IMG/VR virus record: IMGVR_UViG_3300047496_000382
DNA length: 64,000 nt
Direction: 5' to 3' (one strand)
Source: a virus
Shown here piece by piece: positions 47,367 to 55,792 of the stretch. The position numbers and the translations under genes are program-made. The notes beneath the pieces are model-generated. The model had not been told where the DNA came from. It searched no databases and saw only the letters and a list, made by a program, of their open reading frames with translations. The first letter of the stretch is position 1, and every line of letters begins with the position of its first letter.

Positions 47367-47834
47367 ATGACGCCGACCACCCTCCTCGCCTTCCTCACCG
47401 CGTTCGCGTTGTCGCTCTCGAACGGGAAGTACATCCCAAAAGACCGACTCGACGAGAACGTGCGTGCGGTGCAGACAGTCGTCACCGAAGACGGCGCCAT
47501 CGACTTCCCTGGAAGCACGCCGGCCGAAGATGTTACGAAGACCGAAGAACTCATGCTCGTGATGGCCAACTACGAGACGGCCTTCGACAAAAGCCCAGTT
47601 GGCGACGGGGGCCGCTCGTGCGGTCCAATGCAGACGAACCCGTTCTATGCGCATCTCACGTGTGACGAGCTGAAAGGCAGCTATGTCGTGGGGTACCGCG
47701 CGGGGCTCAAGATGCTGAAGCACCACATTGAAATCTGCCGCGGCATCGAGAAGGGTCTGGGGCGCTACGCAACGGGCACCTGCGGCGGGGCTCCAAAGCT
47801 CGTGAAGTTCCGACTCAGCCTCATCGGACGCTAG
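47367..47834 (+). CDS. lysozyme-fold lytic transglycosylase with N-terminal hydrophobic anchor
   Basis: MANYETAF...GDGGRSCGPMQ; LGRYATG; TACGGT 7 nt before ATG. Confidence 0.75.
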   Translation: MTPTTLLAFLTAFALSLSNGKYIPKDRLDENVRAVQTVVTEDGAIDFPGSTPAEDVTKTEELMLVMANYETAFDKSPVGDGGRSCGPMQTNPFYAHLTCDELKGSYVVGYRAGLKMLKHHIEICRGIEKGLGRYATGTCGGAPKLVKFRLSLIGR

Positions 47835-47845
47835 AAGAGAAGAGG

Positions 47846-47864
47846 GGCCGGGTCACTCCCGGCC
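47846..47864. terminator. bidirectional terminator
   Basis: GGCCGGG-TCACT-CCCGGCC between convergent genes, pyrimidine tracts on both strands. Confidence 0.75.
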
Positions 47865-47868
47865 TTCC

Positions 47869-48009
47869 TCATTTTGGGGCTTCGATGGCGTTGAACAGTG
47901 CCCAGGCGATGAAGCTCAACGCCGCGAGAGTGAAGGTCAGGAAGAGGTGCGCGAAGAAGCGACCCCGCCGCTCCTTCCATCGACGGTCAGCCGCCGGCGG
48001 CCCGTACAC
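47869..48009 (-). CDS. 46-aa single-TM microprotein (below ORF-track cutoff)
   Basis: GGAGG-6nt-GTG; WKERRGR then FFAHLFLTFTLAALSFIAWALF. Confidence 0.65.
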   Translation of the reverse strand: MYGPPAADRRWKERRGRFFAHLFLTFTLAALSFIAWALFNAIEAPK

Positions 48010-48196
48010 TGAGGCCCTCCGCCTGACATTTCACGCAGCGTCCGCCGATGGCACTCAGACGTTGCTGAAGCCCATGCTTCGGACAGTTCTCCTCCCACCA
48101 GCCATTTCGTGAGCCTGGTGGAGAGGGCGGCATGCGCCTGGTGGTCTCACGTCGCTCCTGTGCCTGCGCACGTTGGTTGTTCGCTTGGTAGCCCAT
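47987..48196 (-). CDS. Zn-finger microprotein
   Basis: CPKH...CVKC; TGATG overlap. Confidence 0.6.
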   Translation of the reverse strand: MGYQANNQRAQAQERRETTRRMPPSPPGSRNGWWEENCPKHGLQQRLSAIGGRCVKCQAEGLSVRAAGG

Positions 48197-48459
48197 CAAC
48201 TGCCCTCCTCGTCCATGCACTCCACCAAGAGGTCGTGGAACTTCTGGCAGAGGCGCTCCGCGCGCGCAGGGTTGATGTCGCCCACCACGGGCACCATCAC
48301 CGCGGTGCGCAGCTCATCGTCTGCAGAGTACGCGAGCACGGGCCTGCCGTGCACGAGGTAGAGGCCCACCTGGATGGTCCTCGGCGCGCGTGCCTTCCGC
48401 GCAGCCGCGAGGTCGATGACGTTCCCGGGCTTCGTGTCGCGGTCCCCTCGGTCAGCCAT
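48196..48459 (-). CDS. hypothetical protein (87 aa)
   Basis: GNVIDLAAAR motif; coupled. Confidence 0.65.
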   Translation of the reverse strand: MADRGDRDTKPGNVIDLAAARKARAPRTIQVGLYLVHGRPVLAYSADDELRTAVMVPVVGDINPARAERLCQKFHDLLVECMDEEGS

Positions 48460-48700
48460 CCGGCTTCTCGGCGTTGCCCAGGTACTCGAAGACGTCAATG
48501 CGCGCCTCCACAGGGTCACCGCCGATGCCCTCGAGCGCCTTGGTCACGAGGTTCAGGGCGTGCTGCCGAAGCGCCATCTTCACCTCGTCAGCCGTGCTCA
48601 CCGGGAAGCTGCCCGTGACCTCGAGGACCAGCTTCGCGCTGAGCGTCACCTTCGCGCGCTTCTTGTTCTTCTCCGCCGGCGGCGCCGACAGCTTCTTCAT
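48452..48700 (-). CDS. hypothetical protein (82 aa)
   Basis: GGAGG RBS; ATGA overlap. Confidence 0.65.
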   Translation of the reverse strand: MKKLSAPPAEKNKKRAKVTLSAKLVLEVTGSFPVSTADEVKMALRQHALNLVTKALEGIGGDPVEARIDVFEYLGNAEKPDG

Positions 48701-49047
48701 TGGAAGACCTCCACCAGCTTGTTCCTCGCACGAGCCTGCCTCACCACGTGCATCGTGCCCGTCGAAATGCCGTCCCAGAAGGCCACCATGCGCGTGCACT
48801 CCTCGGCGATGGTGATGTTGCGGATGAGCGGAGCCCTGGGACCGTACAAGTCGTAGTTCGGCTTGTGGATGCGGACTTCCATCCCGAGCTGGCGCGCTGC
48901 TTCTTCCGCCGCCGTGTCCACCCCGACAGCACCACCCGAGAGGATGATGGTGCCGTTGGGGAGGAACGAGACGTAGTCCTGGACTTCATGAAGCCGCGCC
49001 TTCGGCCACCCACGAGAGCCGACGATGGCGACGACCTCTTGGGTCAC
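48697..49047 (-). CDS. SLOG (YspA/DprA-Rossmann-like) protein
   Basis: VAIVGSR; ILSGGAVGVDTAA; APLIRN; VAFWDGISTGT. Confidence 0.8.
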   Translation of the reverse strand: MTQEVVAIVGSRGWPKARLHEVQDYVSFLPNGTIILSGGAVGVDTAAEEAARQLGMEVRIHKPNYDLYGPRAPLIRNITIAEECTRMVAFWDGISTGTMHVVRQARARNKLVEVFQ

Positions 49048-49361
49048 CGCGCCTTCTCGCAGTACAGCTTCAGTGGAGCTTTGCTGTCTGCGTAGCCGGC
49101 AGCCACCACGCAGTGGATGAGCCCCATACAGACAGCACTGCGCATGCCGAAGAAGGTGTAGTCACCGTCGCGGGAGTAGTGCATCTCCTGTGATGGAGGA
49201 CGATGCGCCCAGTAGGACAAGCGCGAGTTGACCACGAAAGCGCCGAGGTAGAGCGCGAAGTGTGGCTCGCCGAACCAGTGTCGCGTATGGTCTTCTGTCT
49301 CCGTACAGTTGGCCTCTCCCGTCGACAGCAACAGGGAGAGGAGTGACGCGAAGAAGACCAT
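49044..49361 (-). CDS. putative secreted small protein
   Basis: Hydrophobic N-terminus MVFFASLLSLLLS; coupled. Confidence 0.55.
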   Translation of the reverse strand: MVFFASLLSLLLSTGEANCTETEDHTRHWFGEPHFALYLGAFVVNSRLSYWAHRPPSQEMHYSRDGDYTFFGMRSAVCMGLIHCVVAAGYADSKAPLKLYCEKAR

Positions 49362-49630
49362 CACTCTCGACAGGCCTCCTCCGCCCACTGTTCCGCCGTG
49401 AGGAAGTGGAACTCCGCCAACTTGCCGTGACCGTAAGCACCGACGTCGATGCGCGTGAATGCCTCCCAGTGCTGCAGCATCGCGAGGAAGTCCTCGCCCT
49501 TGCCCTGGAAGCACTTAGAGTCGTATGCGGCGACCGGACCGTCTACGCGCTTGAACCAGTTGGTCCATGTCGCAGTCTCTACCTTGTACTCGAAGAGCAC
49601 GTAGCACTTGGTTGCGTCGATGTCGGTCAC
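49361..49630 (-). CDS. hypothetical protein (89 aa)
   Basis: AAAGGA RBS. Confidence 0.65.
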   Translation of the reverse strand: MTDIDATKCYVLFEYKVETATWTNWFKRVDGPVAAYDSKCFQGKGEDFLAMLQHWEAFTRIDVGAYGHGKLAEFHFLTAEQWAEEACRE

Positions 49631-49691
49631 GTTGTGTTCCTTTCAAGAGTCACGCTTCCGGGCGCGGGTACTTCGCTGGTATCTTGGGAGC

Positions 49692-50129
49692 ATGAACAGC
49701 TCGACCATCTACGGCGCCACAGGACCCACCCGCGAACACCTCGTCGTTGCCGGCGTTGGTGCCGAGGTCGCGAAACTACGACGAGACACCGAGAAGACCA
49801 CGGGGTCCGGTGTTCAAGTGATTTCCATCACCGACGGGTCCGCCGTACCGGAGCTCACGACTTCCGGAACGAGTGTGGTTTTGAACACGAGTGGCCTCAG
49901 CCCTAGTGTGCCCCTGCCGAACGGTGCCGACGGCGATGAGAAGGAAGTAGTGAACGGCGCGAACGGCCAAGGGGCCGGCGGCTTCATCTTCCTCGTGTGC
50001 AACAACAACATCGGCAATGACGCGTACGACCTACCGTACGGCGCGGCCGTGAAGCTGCGTTGGGTCACCGCTCTCGGCGGCTGGGTAGCGACGAACTACT
50101 GCGCGAACGTCAACGCTTACTGGGACTGA
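49692..50129 (+). CDS. stand-alone fibre-tip-like beta domain (145 aa)
   Basis: VPLPNGADGDEKEVVN...LPYGAAVKLRW...GGW; TATCTT 6 nt before ATG. Confidence 0.6.
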   Translation: MNSSTIYGATGPTREHLVVAGVGAEVAKLRRDTEKTTGSGVQVISITDGSAVPELTTSGTSVVLNTSGLSPSVPLPNGADGDEKEVVNGANGQGAGGFIFLVCNNNIGNDAYDLPYGAAVKLRWVTALGGWVATNYCANVNAYWD

Positions 50130-50130
50130 C

Positions 50131-50337
50131 CTACTCGTGCGGGGGCGGCACGGGTTCCTTGACGGGAGCCAGCGGCAGTGGCGCAGCAGCCGGAGGCACT
50201 CCTGTTCCTTGTGCAGTGAAGCAGACCTCGCGGTCAGTTCCGGTCACACGAACGAGGATGGTGCCTTCCGGCTGCTTGGTGGGGTCGACGGGCGTCTTGG
50301 TCGCATCACCCTGCACGTAGACGAACTTGGTGGCCAT
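50131..50337 (-). CDS. hypothetical protein (68 aa)
   Basis: ORF convergent with 49692. Confidence 0.55.
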   Translation of the reverse strand: MATKFVYVQGDATKTPVDPTKQPEGTILVRVTGTDREVCFTAQGTGVPPAAAPLPLAPVKEPVPPPHE

Positions 50338-50377
50338 ACGGTGAGGCTACCAGAGGTTCGCCCTCTGCTTCCAGTGC

Positions 50378-50791
50378 TCAGAGCTCGATGCGCAGAGCAT
50401 GCGTGCGCGACATGAACGCGTGGTCCTGCAGAAACACCGGACGACGCGTGACCAGCTCTTCTTCTTCCAGCATTTTGACGTCCACGGGCTCGTCAGCGTA
50501 GTTGCCTTTCTTGTTGCCGTTCTTCAGGAATACTTGCGGCTTTCCAAAGCCAAATCCGAAGCGCCCGCGCGTCACGGAGAAGTTGAAGTGTACCGACGGG
50601 TGACTGGGAAGGTTCGCACGGTCGTGTACTAGCCTCTCGTCCGACAGCGCGAACAAGTAGGTCGGTACGTGGAGGCGCACGATGACCTCCCCACCGCACG
50701 ACTCCAGCGTCGGTTTCTGCTTCCGGCGCCCCTCCTTCTCCTTTGCGTAGCCTTTCTGATATTGTGCCGCCCACATGTACAAGCCGAGCAT
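50378..50791 (-). CDS. hypothetical protein (137 aa)
   Basis: Coupled ORF. Confidence 0.65.
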   Translation of the reverse strand: MLGLYMWAAQYQKGYAKEKEGRRKQKPTLESCGGEVIVRLHVPTYLFALSDERLVHDRANLPSHPSVHFNFSVTRGRFGFGFGKPQVFLKNGNKKGNYADEPVDVKMLEEEELVTRRPVFLQDHAFMSRTHALRIEL

Positions 50792-51705
50792 CAGACCACC
50801 TTGCCCTTCGCACGCAGCGGCTTCTTGCCGGCGAGCTTGAGCTTCTGGAGCGCCGTCTTGAACGTGGTCGCGACATTGGCACTGACCGTCAGCTCGTCCT
50901 TCTCGAAGTGCCGCAGCAGCTCGACGGCTGCGTCGTTCTGGCCAAACTTCACGTGCTCGCCGACCCGGCGGGTCATCGCGTCCATCGCCGTCGCGCGCTC
51001 GAAGTGCTCTCGCACCACGGTCACGACAGCATCCGACAGGCCGGGCAGCCCTTGGTAGAGCCGCTTGTAAACTTCGCTCTCGAGACGCGCACCCTCTTCG
51101 CCGAGGTCGTTGAGTCGGTCGATGAGCGTTCGGCGACGCTTCTCACGGTCCTTCACCATGGTGCGGAACTCGAGCATCGTCATCGTGTCGGGGAGCTCGG
51201 AGATGATGATGGTCTGGGTCACCTCGTTCAGCTCCTCGAGGTTCTTGTTCCCCTGTTCCTTGAGCACCTCCAGACGCGCGAGCTTCTTCGCCGTCTCGAC
51301 ATCGATGACAGCCACGGCGTCCTTCAGTGTCGGGAGGTTGGTGAGGACTTCATCAGCGCGCTCCTGCGCGAGTGTTTCGAGCTCCTCCACGCGGCGACCG
51401 CCCACACTCGACACGCGGTAGCAGTGTCTGCGCGCATCGTCCTCGGTAAGAAACTCGTTCGAATTGAAGTAGTCTGAACGTCCCTCCTTCGCACGAATCA
51501 CGTGCTTCGGTCCAATGAAGTGTCGACGCTCTGCCGTCTCGAGGATGATGTACGCGGCGCGGAGCAGGATGTAGCGCGAGGCCTGTGACCGGTCCGCGAA
51601 GGTCCGCACGAACTCGTTCTGACGGGTCTCGCTCCATGTGGCGAGCGCGGTTGTCGGAAGAGCCTGGGTCATGGCGGTGACTTCGTCGTGCGACGTGCTG
51701 TTCAT
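50791..51705 (-). CDS. coiled-coil hypothetical protein (304 aa)
   Basis: Purine-rich leader before ATG 51705; strong GC3 bias. Confidence 0.75.
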   Translation of the reverse strand: MNSTSHDEVTAMTQALPTTALATWSETRQNEFVRTFADRSQASRYILLRAAYIILETAERRHFIGPKHVIRAKEGRSDYFNSNEFLTEDDARRHCYRVSSVGGRRVEELETLAQERADEVLTNLPTLKDAVAVIDVETAKKLARLEVLKEQGNKNLEELNEVTQTIIISELPDTMTMLEFRTMVKDREKRRRTLIDRLNDLGEEGARLESEVYKRLYQGLPGLSDAVVTVVREHFERATAMDAMTRRVGEHVKFGQNDAAVELLRHFEKDELTVSANVATTFKTALQKLKLAGKKPLRAKGKVV

Positions 51706-51745
51706 AGTGTTCTCTCTTTTCTCTGGTGGTGGTTGGCGGTGTACT

Positions 51746-52225
51746 TCAACGCTCGATGTGCGCGCGGTACAAAGAGACCACGAACTTGGGCGCGGAGTTG
51801 TTCTTGATTTGTGTGGACGCGACAGCAGTGCTCTCGCCTGTCGCGCGGAACGCCTCAACGTAGCTGTCGACGTGTTCTTTTCTTGAAGACGTGCCTGACA
51901 CCCCCGTCCACATTTCGATAACTGCCACGGCATGCTCCGCAGCCTTGCGCGGGTCCGCGAAAACGCGAACGGAGTCCACGCCGTCGTACGGCCCGTCGTC
52001 TTTTTCTCGTCGGCCGCCGACGAGGTCGCGTGCCCGCGTAGTAACGACGAACGCCACGGTCGGTGACCAGTACTTGTCGTAGGCGTCCTCGAGAACACTC
52101 CTGCTTCTGTTCTCGTCACTACAGTCCAGGCACAAGGCCAGGCCGAGGTAGTGGCCGATGGCGGGCTTACCGCACGGTGATTCAGCTCCTCGAGCGACGC
52201 GTGCGCACTTCAATTCCACGGGCAC
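51746..52225 (-). CDS. hypothetical protein with N-terminal Zn finger
   Basis: C...CGKP...LCLDC; GTG start inferred. Confidence 0.6.
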   Translation of the reverse strand: MPVELKCARVARGAESPCGKPAIGHYLGLALCLDCSDENRSRSVLEDAYDKYWSPTVAFVVTTRARDLVGGRREKDDGPYDGVDSVRVFADPRKAAEHAVAVIEMWTGVSGTSSRKEHVDSYVEAFRATGESTAVASTQIKNNSAPKFVVSLYRAHIER

Positions 52226-52751
52226 GGTCTTTCTCCTCTGGCCACCAGATGTACGAGCGCGGTTCTTCCGTGCCCACGGGTTCGAATCCCAACTTCTCGA
52301 GCTTCCATCCGAAGCGCGGGTCCAAGACGTTCTCGACGTAGATGGGCAACGTCGGGTGCTCTGCGCGGATGCGCTGGACCAGGCGCGTGAATACGCCCGT
52401 GCCTCGCTTCTTCTCCGCAACAGTGACGTTGGCGATGTCGAGCATCGGCGTGCCCGGGTAGTGCTTGTCGGCACCAACGCTGATTTGCCTGTGTGACTTG
52501 CGCACGTAGAGCCCCTCGAAGTCGGGCTCCTTCACGTACTCGTTGCGCAGGCTGTCGGTGCGGAGGAAGCGTTCGAGCGTCGGCTGGCGCCAGTGACTGT
52601 GCCGCATCGACGGCAGGTGCTTCGGACGCTCGCCAGCCTCCACACGCTCCTTCATCCAGTTTGCCCGGCAGGCCGAGCACTGCATACAGTTGCCGCCGCA
52701 CGCAAGGTGACCACACCACGCGCACCGCAGCCGTTTCACCTGGTCCGCCAC
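52182..52751 (-). CDS. GNAT-fold acetyltransferase with N-terminal Cys cluster
   Basis: LDIANVTVAEKKRGTGVFTRL (motif A); IYVENV...LEKLGF; CAWCGHLACGGNCMQCSAC. Confidence 0.7.
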   Translation of the reverse strand: MADQVKRLRCAWCGHLACGGNCMQCSACRANWMKERVEAGERPKHLPSMRHSHWRQPTLERFLRTDSLRNEYVKEPDFEGLYVRKSHRQISVGADKHYPGTPMLDIANVTVAEKKRGTGVFTRLVQRIRAEHPTLPIYVENVLDPRFGWKLEKLGFEPVGTEEPRSYIWWPEEKDRARGIEVRTRRSRS

Positions 52752-52948
52752 TGCTGCAGGAGCTCAGGGAAATGCTCAACTGCGAAGAAGCCGGCCGCTG
52801 CAGCAACCGCACAGATGAACACGAAACGTGCGATGAGGAAGGTCATCTCGCTTTCTTCTGCGCATTTCGAACAGGCCATGTCCTCGCTGAATTCCACACG
52901 ATGACGGCGACATTCCGGGCGCGCACCGTCGGGGTCATCTTCAGGCAT
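52736..52948 (-). CDS. Zn-finger + TM microprotein
   Basis: CRRH...CSKC then LIARFVFICAVAAAAGFFAV. Confidence 0.6.
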   Translation of the reverse strand: MPEDDPDGARPECRRHRVEFSEDMACSKCAEESEMTFLIARFVFICAVAAAAGFFAVEHFPELLQQWRTR

Positions 52949-53447
52949 CGATAGTTCTCCTCGACACACAGCTGCACGTGCCGCTGGTGTCCTTGCAGTT
53001 GAGACAGACGAGTTCGACAACGCGGAGTAGGAACTGTTCTCGCTCCCCCGCGGTCATGTCCTGCAGCGCATCGTGGAATCGCTGGACCTCTGTCGAGACG
53101 AGGTGCTCGCGCCGCCACACTTCGCACGCGTTGAGCGTGCAAGTTCTATTCGGCGCAACGGTGATGACCTTGCAGCATCGACAGCGGAAGAGCGTCTTGC
53201 CGCTGGGCGAGGTCCTTGATTGCGGGAGAGTCTCCCAGCGCTCTCGCCACGTCTCATCAGGTTCTGGGCGAATGCTCATGTAGTCGTGCACCTCTCCACA
53301 GACGATGCAGCACGGCTTGGCGTCCAGCTCGTCGGTCGCGAAGACAGGTGTGACCTCTTCGTCTTCCACGTCGACACTGTCGGGCAAGCAGCCCGTGCAG
53401 TAGTACGCCTCGTGGTACCAGACGACCTGGAAGTCATGTCCCTTCAT
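52941..53447 (-). CDS. multi-Zn-finger protein (168 aa)
   Basis: YCTGC, CIVC, CRCC...C...C, CLNC...CSC. Confidence 0.7.
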   Translation of the reverse strand: MKGHDFQVVWYHEAYYCTGCLPDSVDVEDEEVTPVFATDELDAKPCCIVCGEVHDYMSIRPEPDETWRERWETLPQSRTSPSGKTLFRCRCCKVITVAPNRTCTLNACEVWRREHLVSTEVQRFHDALQDMTAGEREQFLLRVVELVCLNCKDTSGTCSCVSRRTIDA

Positions 53448-54084
53448 CAGGCTTCTCCGGTCGGAAGAAGGCGCGTGTCCCTGCCTGGACTTGTTTCATG
53501 TCGCGCTTCTCGTAATCGCTCGGCAGTGTCAGTGGGGCCGTCGCCGCCTGGAACCACGCGGGGTCTCTCTTGAGGTCTTCGAGGAGGTTATTGTCGAAGT
53601 AGTGGCCGCGCAGCGTTTTGTCCGACACGAGTCCGACCATCTGCAGCTCGACGCTCAGGAGCTGGTCGCGCCACCAGTCGTCTGCGCTCACGGCAGGCCA
53701 GGCATCAAGCACCTTGTCTTTGCCGACGCACGGAGGCTGCGCCACCCAGACACGGACGGTGGAGTCCCGTGCCCTTTGTTCTTGTTCCCGTTCCTTGACC
53801 GAACTGTCCGTCAGCTCGATGTTCGGCACAGGCAGCCCGATGGCCTCACAGAGCTTCTTCGCCTCTGCCTCTTGGAAGGTGCGGAAGTTGATGCCATCTG
53901 GGGCGCAAAGCATTGGCATGAACGGGATGGCGGCCATCAACGAGAAGGTGTCGCCCTTCTTGATGAAGCCGCCGGAAGGAAGGGATGAGAAGCGCACTTC
54001 CAGCTTTCGCGATGACGCACTCAGCAGCTGCGTGTGAACCAGCATCTCCAAGACCTTCCTGACGAGCGGTGTCTGCGCCATCAC
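53434..54084 (-). CDS. hypothetical protein (216 aa)
   Basis: Coupled ORF; strong GC3 bias. Confidence 0.7.
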   Translation of the reverse strand: MMAQTPLVRKVLEMLVHTQLLSASSRKLEVRFSSLPSGGFIKKGDTFSLMAAIPFMPMLCAPDGINFRTFQEAEAKKLCEAIGLPVPNIELTDSSVKEREQEQRARDSTVRVWVAQPPCVGKDKVLDAWPAVSADDWWRDQLLSVELQMVGLVSDKTLRGHYFDNNLLEDLKRDPAWFQAATAPLTLPSDYEKRDMKQVQAGTRAFFRPEKPDEGT

Positions 54085-54503
54085 TTGTGCTGCCAGAACT
54101 CCATCTTCTTCTTGGACAGCGTGCTCGGTCCATAGTTGATGAAGAGCTCGTCACCGGCGACGATGCGCTTGCGCGCCCGGAACGTGATGAGCTCGCTGCG
54201 CTTGTCCATCGCGAACTCGAGGTTCGGCGTCGCACTGTGGTTGTAGAGCGAGCCGAAGCCGAGAGCCAGCGCGTCGTAGACGTCCGACCAGGCGAAGACG
54301 TAGTAGTACGCTTTCGTCTGCTCCGTCTGGTCCCGCGATGGCAGGAGGAGAACGGGCGCCTCCTCGACGAGCGCACCCTTCTCGTAGTTGACCAGCGCGA
54401 AGACGCCGCGCCCGTGCGTAGGGCTGACGCCAACGCGGATGCCGCAGGCCGGCAACACCGAGTGGAGTGGTGTGCCGTCCGCCATTCTCTTCGCGCGGGC
54501 CAT
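54081..54503 (-). CDS. SET-domain protein lysine methyltransferase
   Basis: SPTHGRGVFA...GALVEE; ALGFGSLYNHSATPN; IVAGDELFINYG. Confidence 0.92.
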   Translation of the reverse strand: MARAKRMADGTPLHSVLPACGIRVGVSPTHGRGVFALVNYEKGALVEEAPVLLLPSRDQTEQTKAYYYVFAWSDVYDALALGFGSLYNHSATPNLEFAMDKRSELITFRARKRIVAGDELFINYGPSTLSKKKMEFWQHK

Positions 54504-54820
54504 CAGGTCTTCCGCTCGCTGAGCGCGTGCTTGAAGGACTCCTGAAGGCGCAGGACAACAACGCTCTGCGGCAGCTTTCGCCAGTTGAAGGCGGTGTCGT
54601 CGAGAAGGAGCCCGAGGCCGTGGATGATGGTCGCGATTTCACTCGCCGTGCAGCAGAAGGTCACCTCGCACATGCGCCTGGGGTCGGCACCCTCGAGCTT
54701 CTGCTTGACGCCCGCGAGGAAGACTAGCTCCGCCTGGCTGAGCTCTTGGTGGACAGGGGGGTACTCAAGCTTTTTGAGCAGCACCGAAACTTCTTCTAGT
54801 TCTAGGTCGAGCTTGGGCAT
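54503..54820 (-). CDS. hypothetical protein (105 aa), paralog of next
   Basis: MPKLDLELEEVSVLL. Confidence 0.7.
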   Translation of the reverse strand: MPKLDLELEEVSVLLKKLEYPPVHQELSQAELVFLAGVKQKLEGADPRRMCEVTFCCTASEIATIIHGLGLLLDDTAFNWRKLPQSVVVLRLQESFKHALSERKT

Positions 54821-55102
54821 CTACTGTTTCTCCAATGCGTCGGTGAGTACCTTCGCCAGGCTGTCGACCGCGTCTCTGTCGTCTTGGTCGTTGTCGCGAT
54901 TCTCCGTGAACCCGGAGAGAACACTGAGACAAGCCTCCAGCTGGAACGCCATCAGGCGGTAGCCATCGAGGTTGATGGTCCGCTTCCTGGCCGCTTGGTG
55001 GAGCTTCTTCTGCAGCTCCGCATCCAGGCGACCGGCGCTCTTTGTCTTGAGGCACTCCATCAACCGACCGAGTTCCTCCTCGGTCACATCAAGTCTGGGC
55101 AT
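54821..55102 (-). CDS. hypothetical protein (93 aa)
   Basis: MPRLDVTEEELGRLM. Confidence 0.7.
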   Translation of the reverse strand: MPRLDVTEEELGRLMECLKTKSAGRLDAELQKKLHQAARKRTINLDGYRLMAFQLEACLSVLSGFTENRDNDQDDRDAVDSLAKVLTDALEKQ

Positions 55103-55790
55103 CGGTCTTCTCCTTCTCGCCGGGCTTCAGGTACGACAACATCCCCGTGAGCTTGTCACGCATGGACGTCTCTTCTGGAGACATCTCGAAGCCTTCGTGC
55201 GCCGTCGAGAGGTTCTTGATGAGCAGGCGCACCTCCTCGAAGGAAAAGCGCGGATGGAACAACCACTTCGCCGCAATCTTCGCGACGGCCTCCGGACGCA
55301 ATGTGAAGACGTGTTTGTCGAGGTCGTCACCGACCAGCCAGCCATCGCGCGCAGCACGAACCCAGTCCGGCTTGCAGAAGGGATTGCGCATCAAGTTGTA
55401 GAGCCACCCTTCGTGGCCGTACTTCTGCATCACCTCGCCGAGCTCCTTGCTAGGCAGAGAGCGCCACGTGTTGGTGGTCTTCTGGAGCGCGAAGACGATG
55501 ATTGCCGCCGAGAGCTCGGTCTCTGCAGAGCCCAGCGTGTCGACGAACGGAATGGGCGCGAGGTAGAGCTCGGACGGGTAGCAGTAGATGCCGTTGTTCA
55601 TCATTTCCTCTTGTTGCCGCTGGCGGCGGTACTCATCCAAGAACTCGTCAGACAGCTCGCGCGGTGGGAACTTCTGGCGTACCAGGGCGTTCACCAGCCG
55701 GTTCTCGTGTATGTGGCGGGTCATCTGCATCGCGAGCACCACGCGCCCCTCTTTCGAGAGCAGCTTCTTCTCGAACTCTTTGTCAGCCAT
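55089..55790 (-). CDS. hypothetical protein (233 aa)
   Basis: GAGGA RBS; strong GC3 bias. Confidence 0.75.
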   Translation of the reverse strand: MADKEFEKKLLSKEGRVVLAMQMTRHIHENRLVNALVRQKFPPRELSDEFLDEYRRQRQQEEMMNNGIYCYPSELYLAPIPFVDTLGSAETELSAAIIVFALQKTTNTWRSLPSKELGEVMQKYGHEGWLYNLMRNPFCKPDWVRAARDGWLVGDDLDKHVFTLRPEAVAKIAAKWLFHPRFSFEEVRLLIKNLSTAHEGFEMSPEETSMRDKLTGMLSYLKPGEKEKTDAQT

Positions 55791-55792
55791 GC

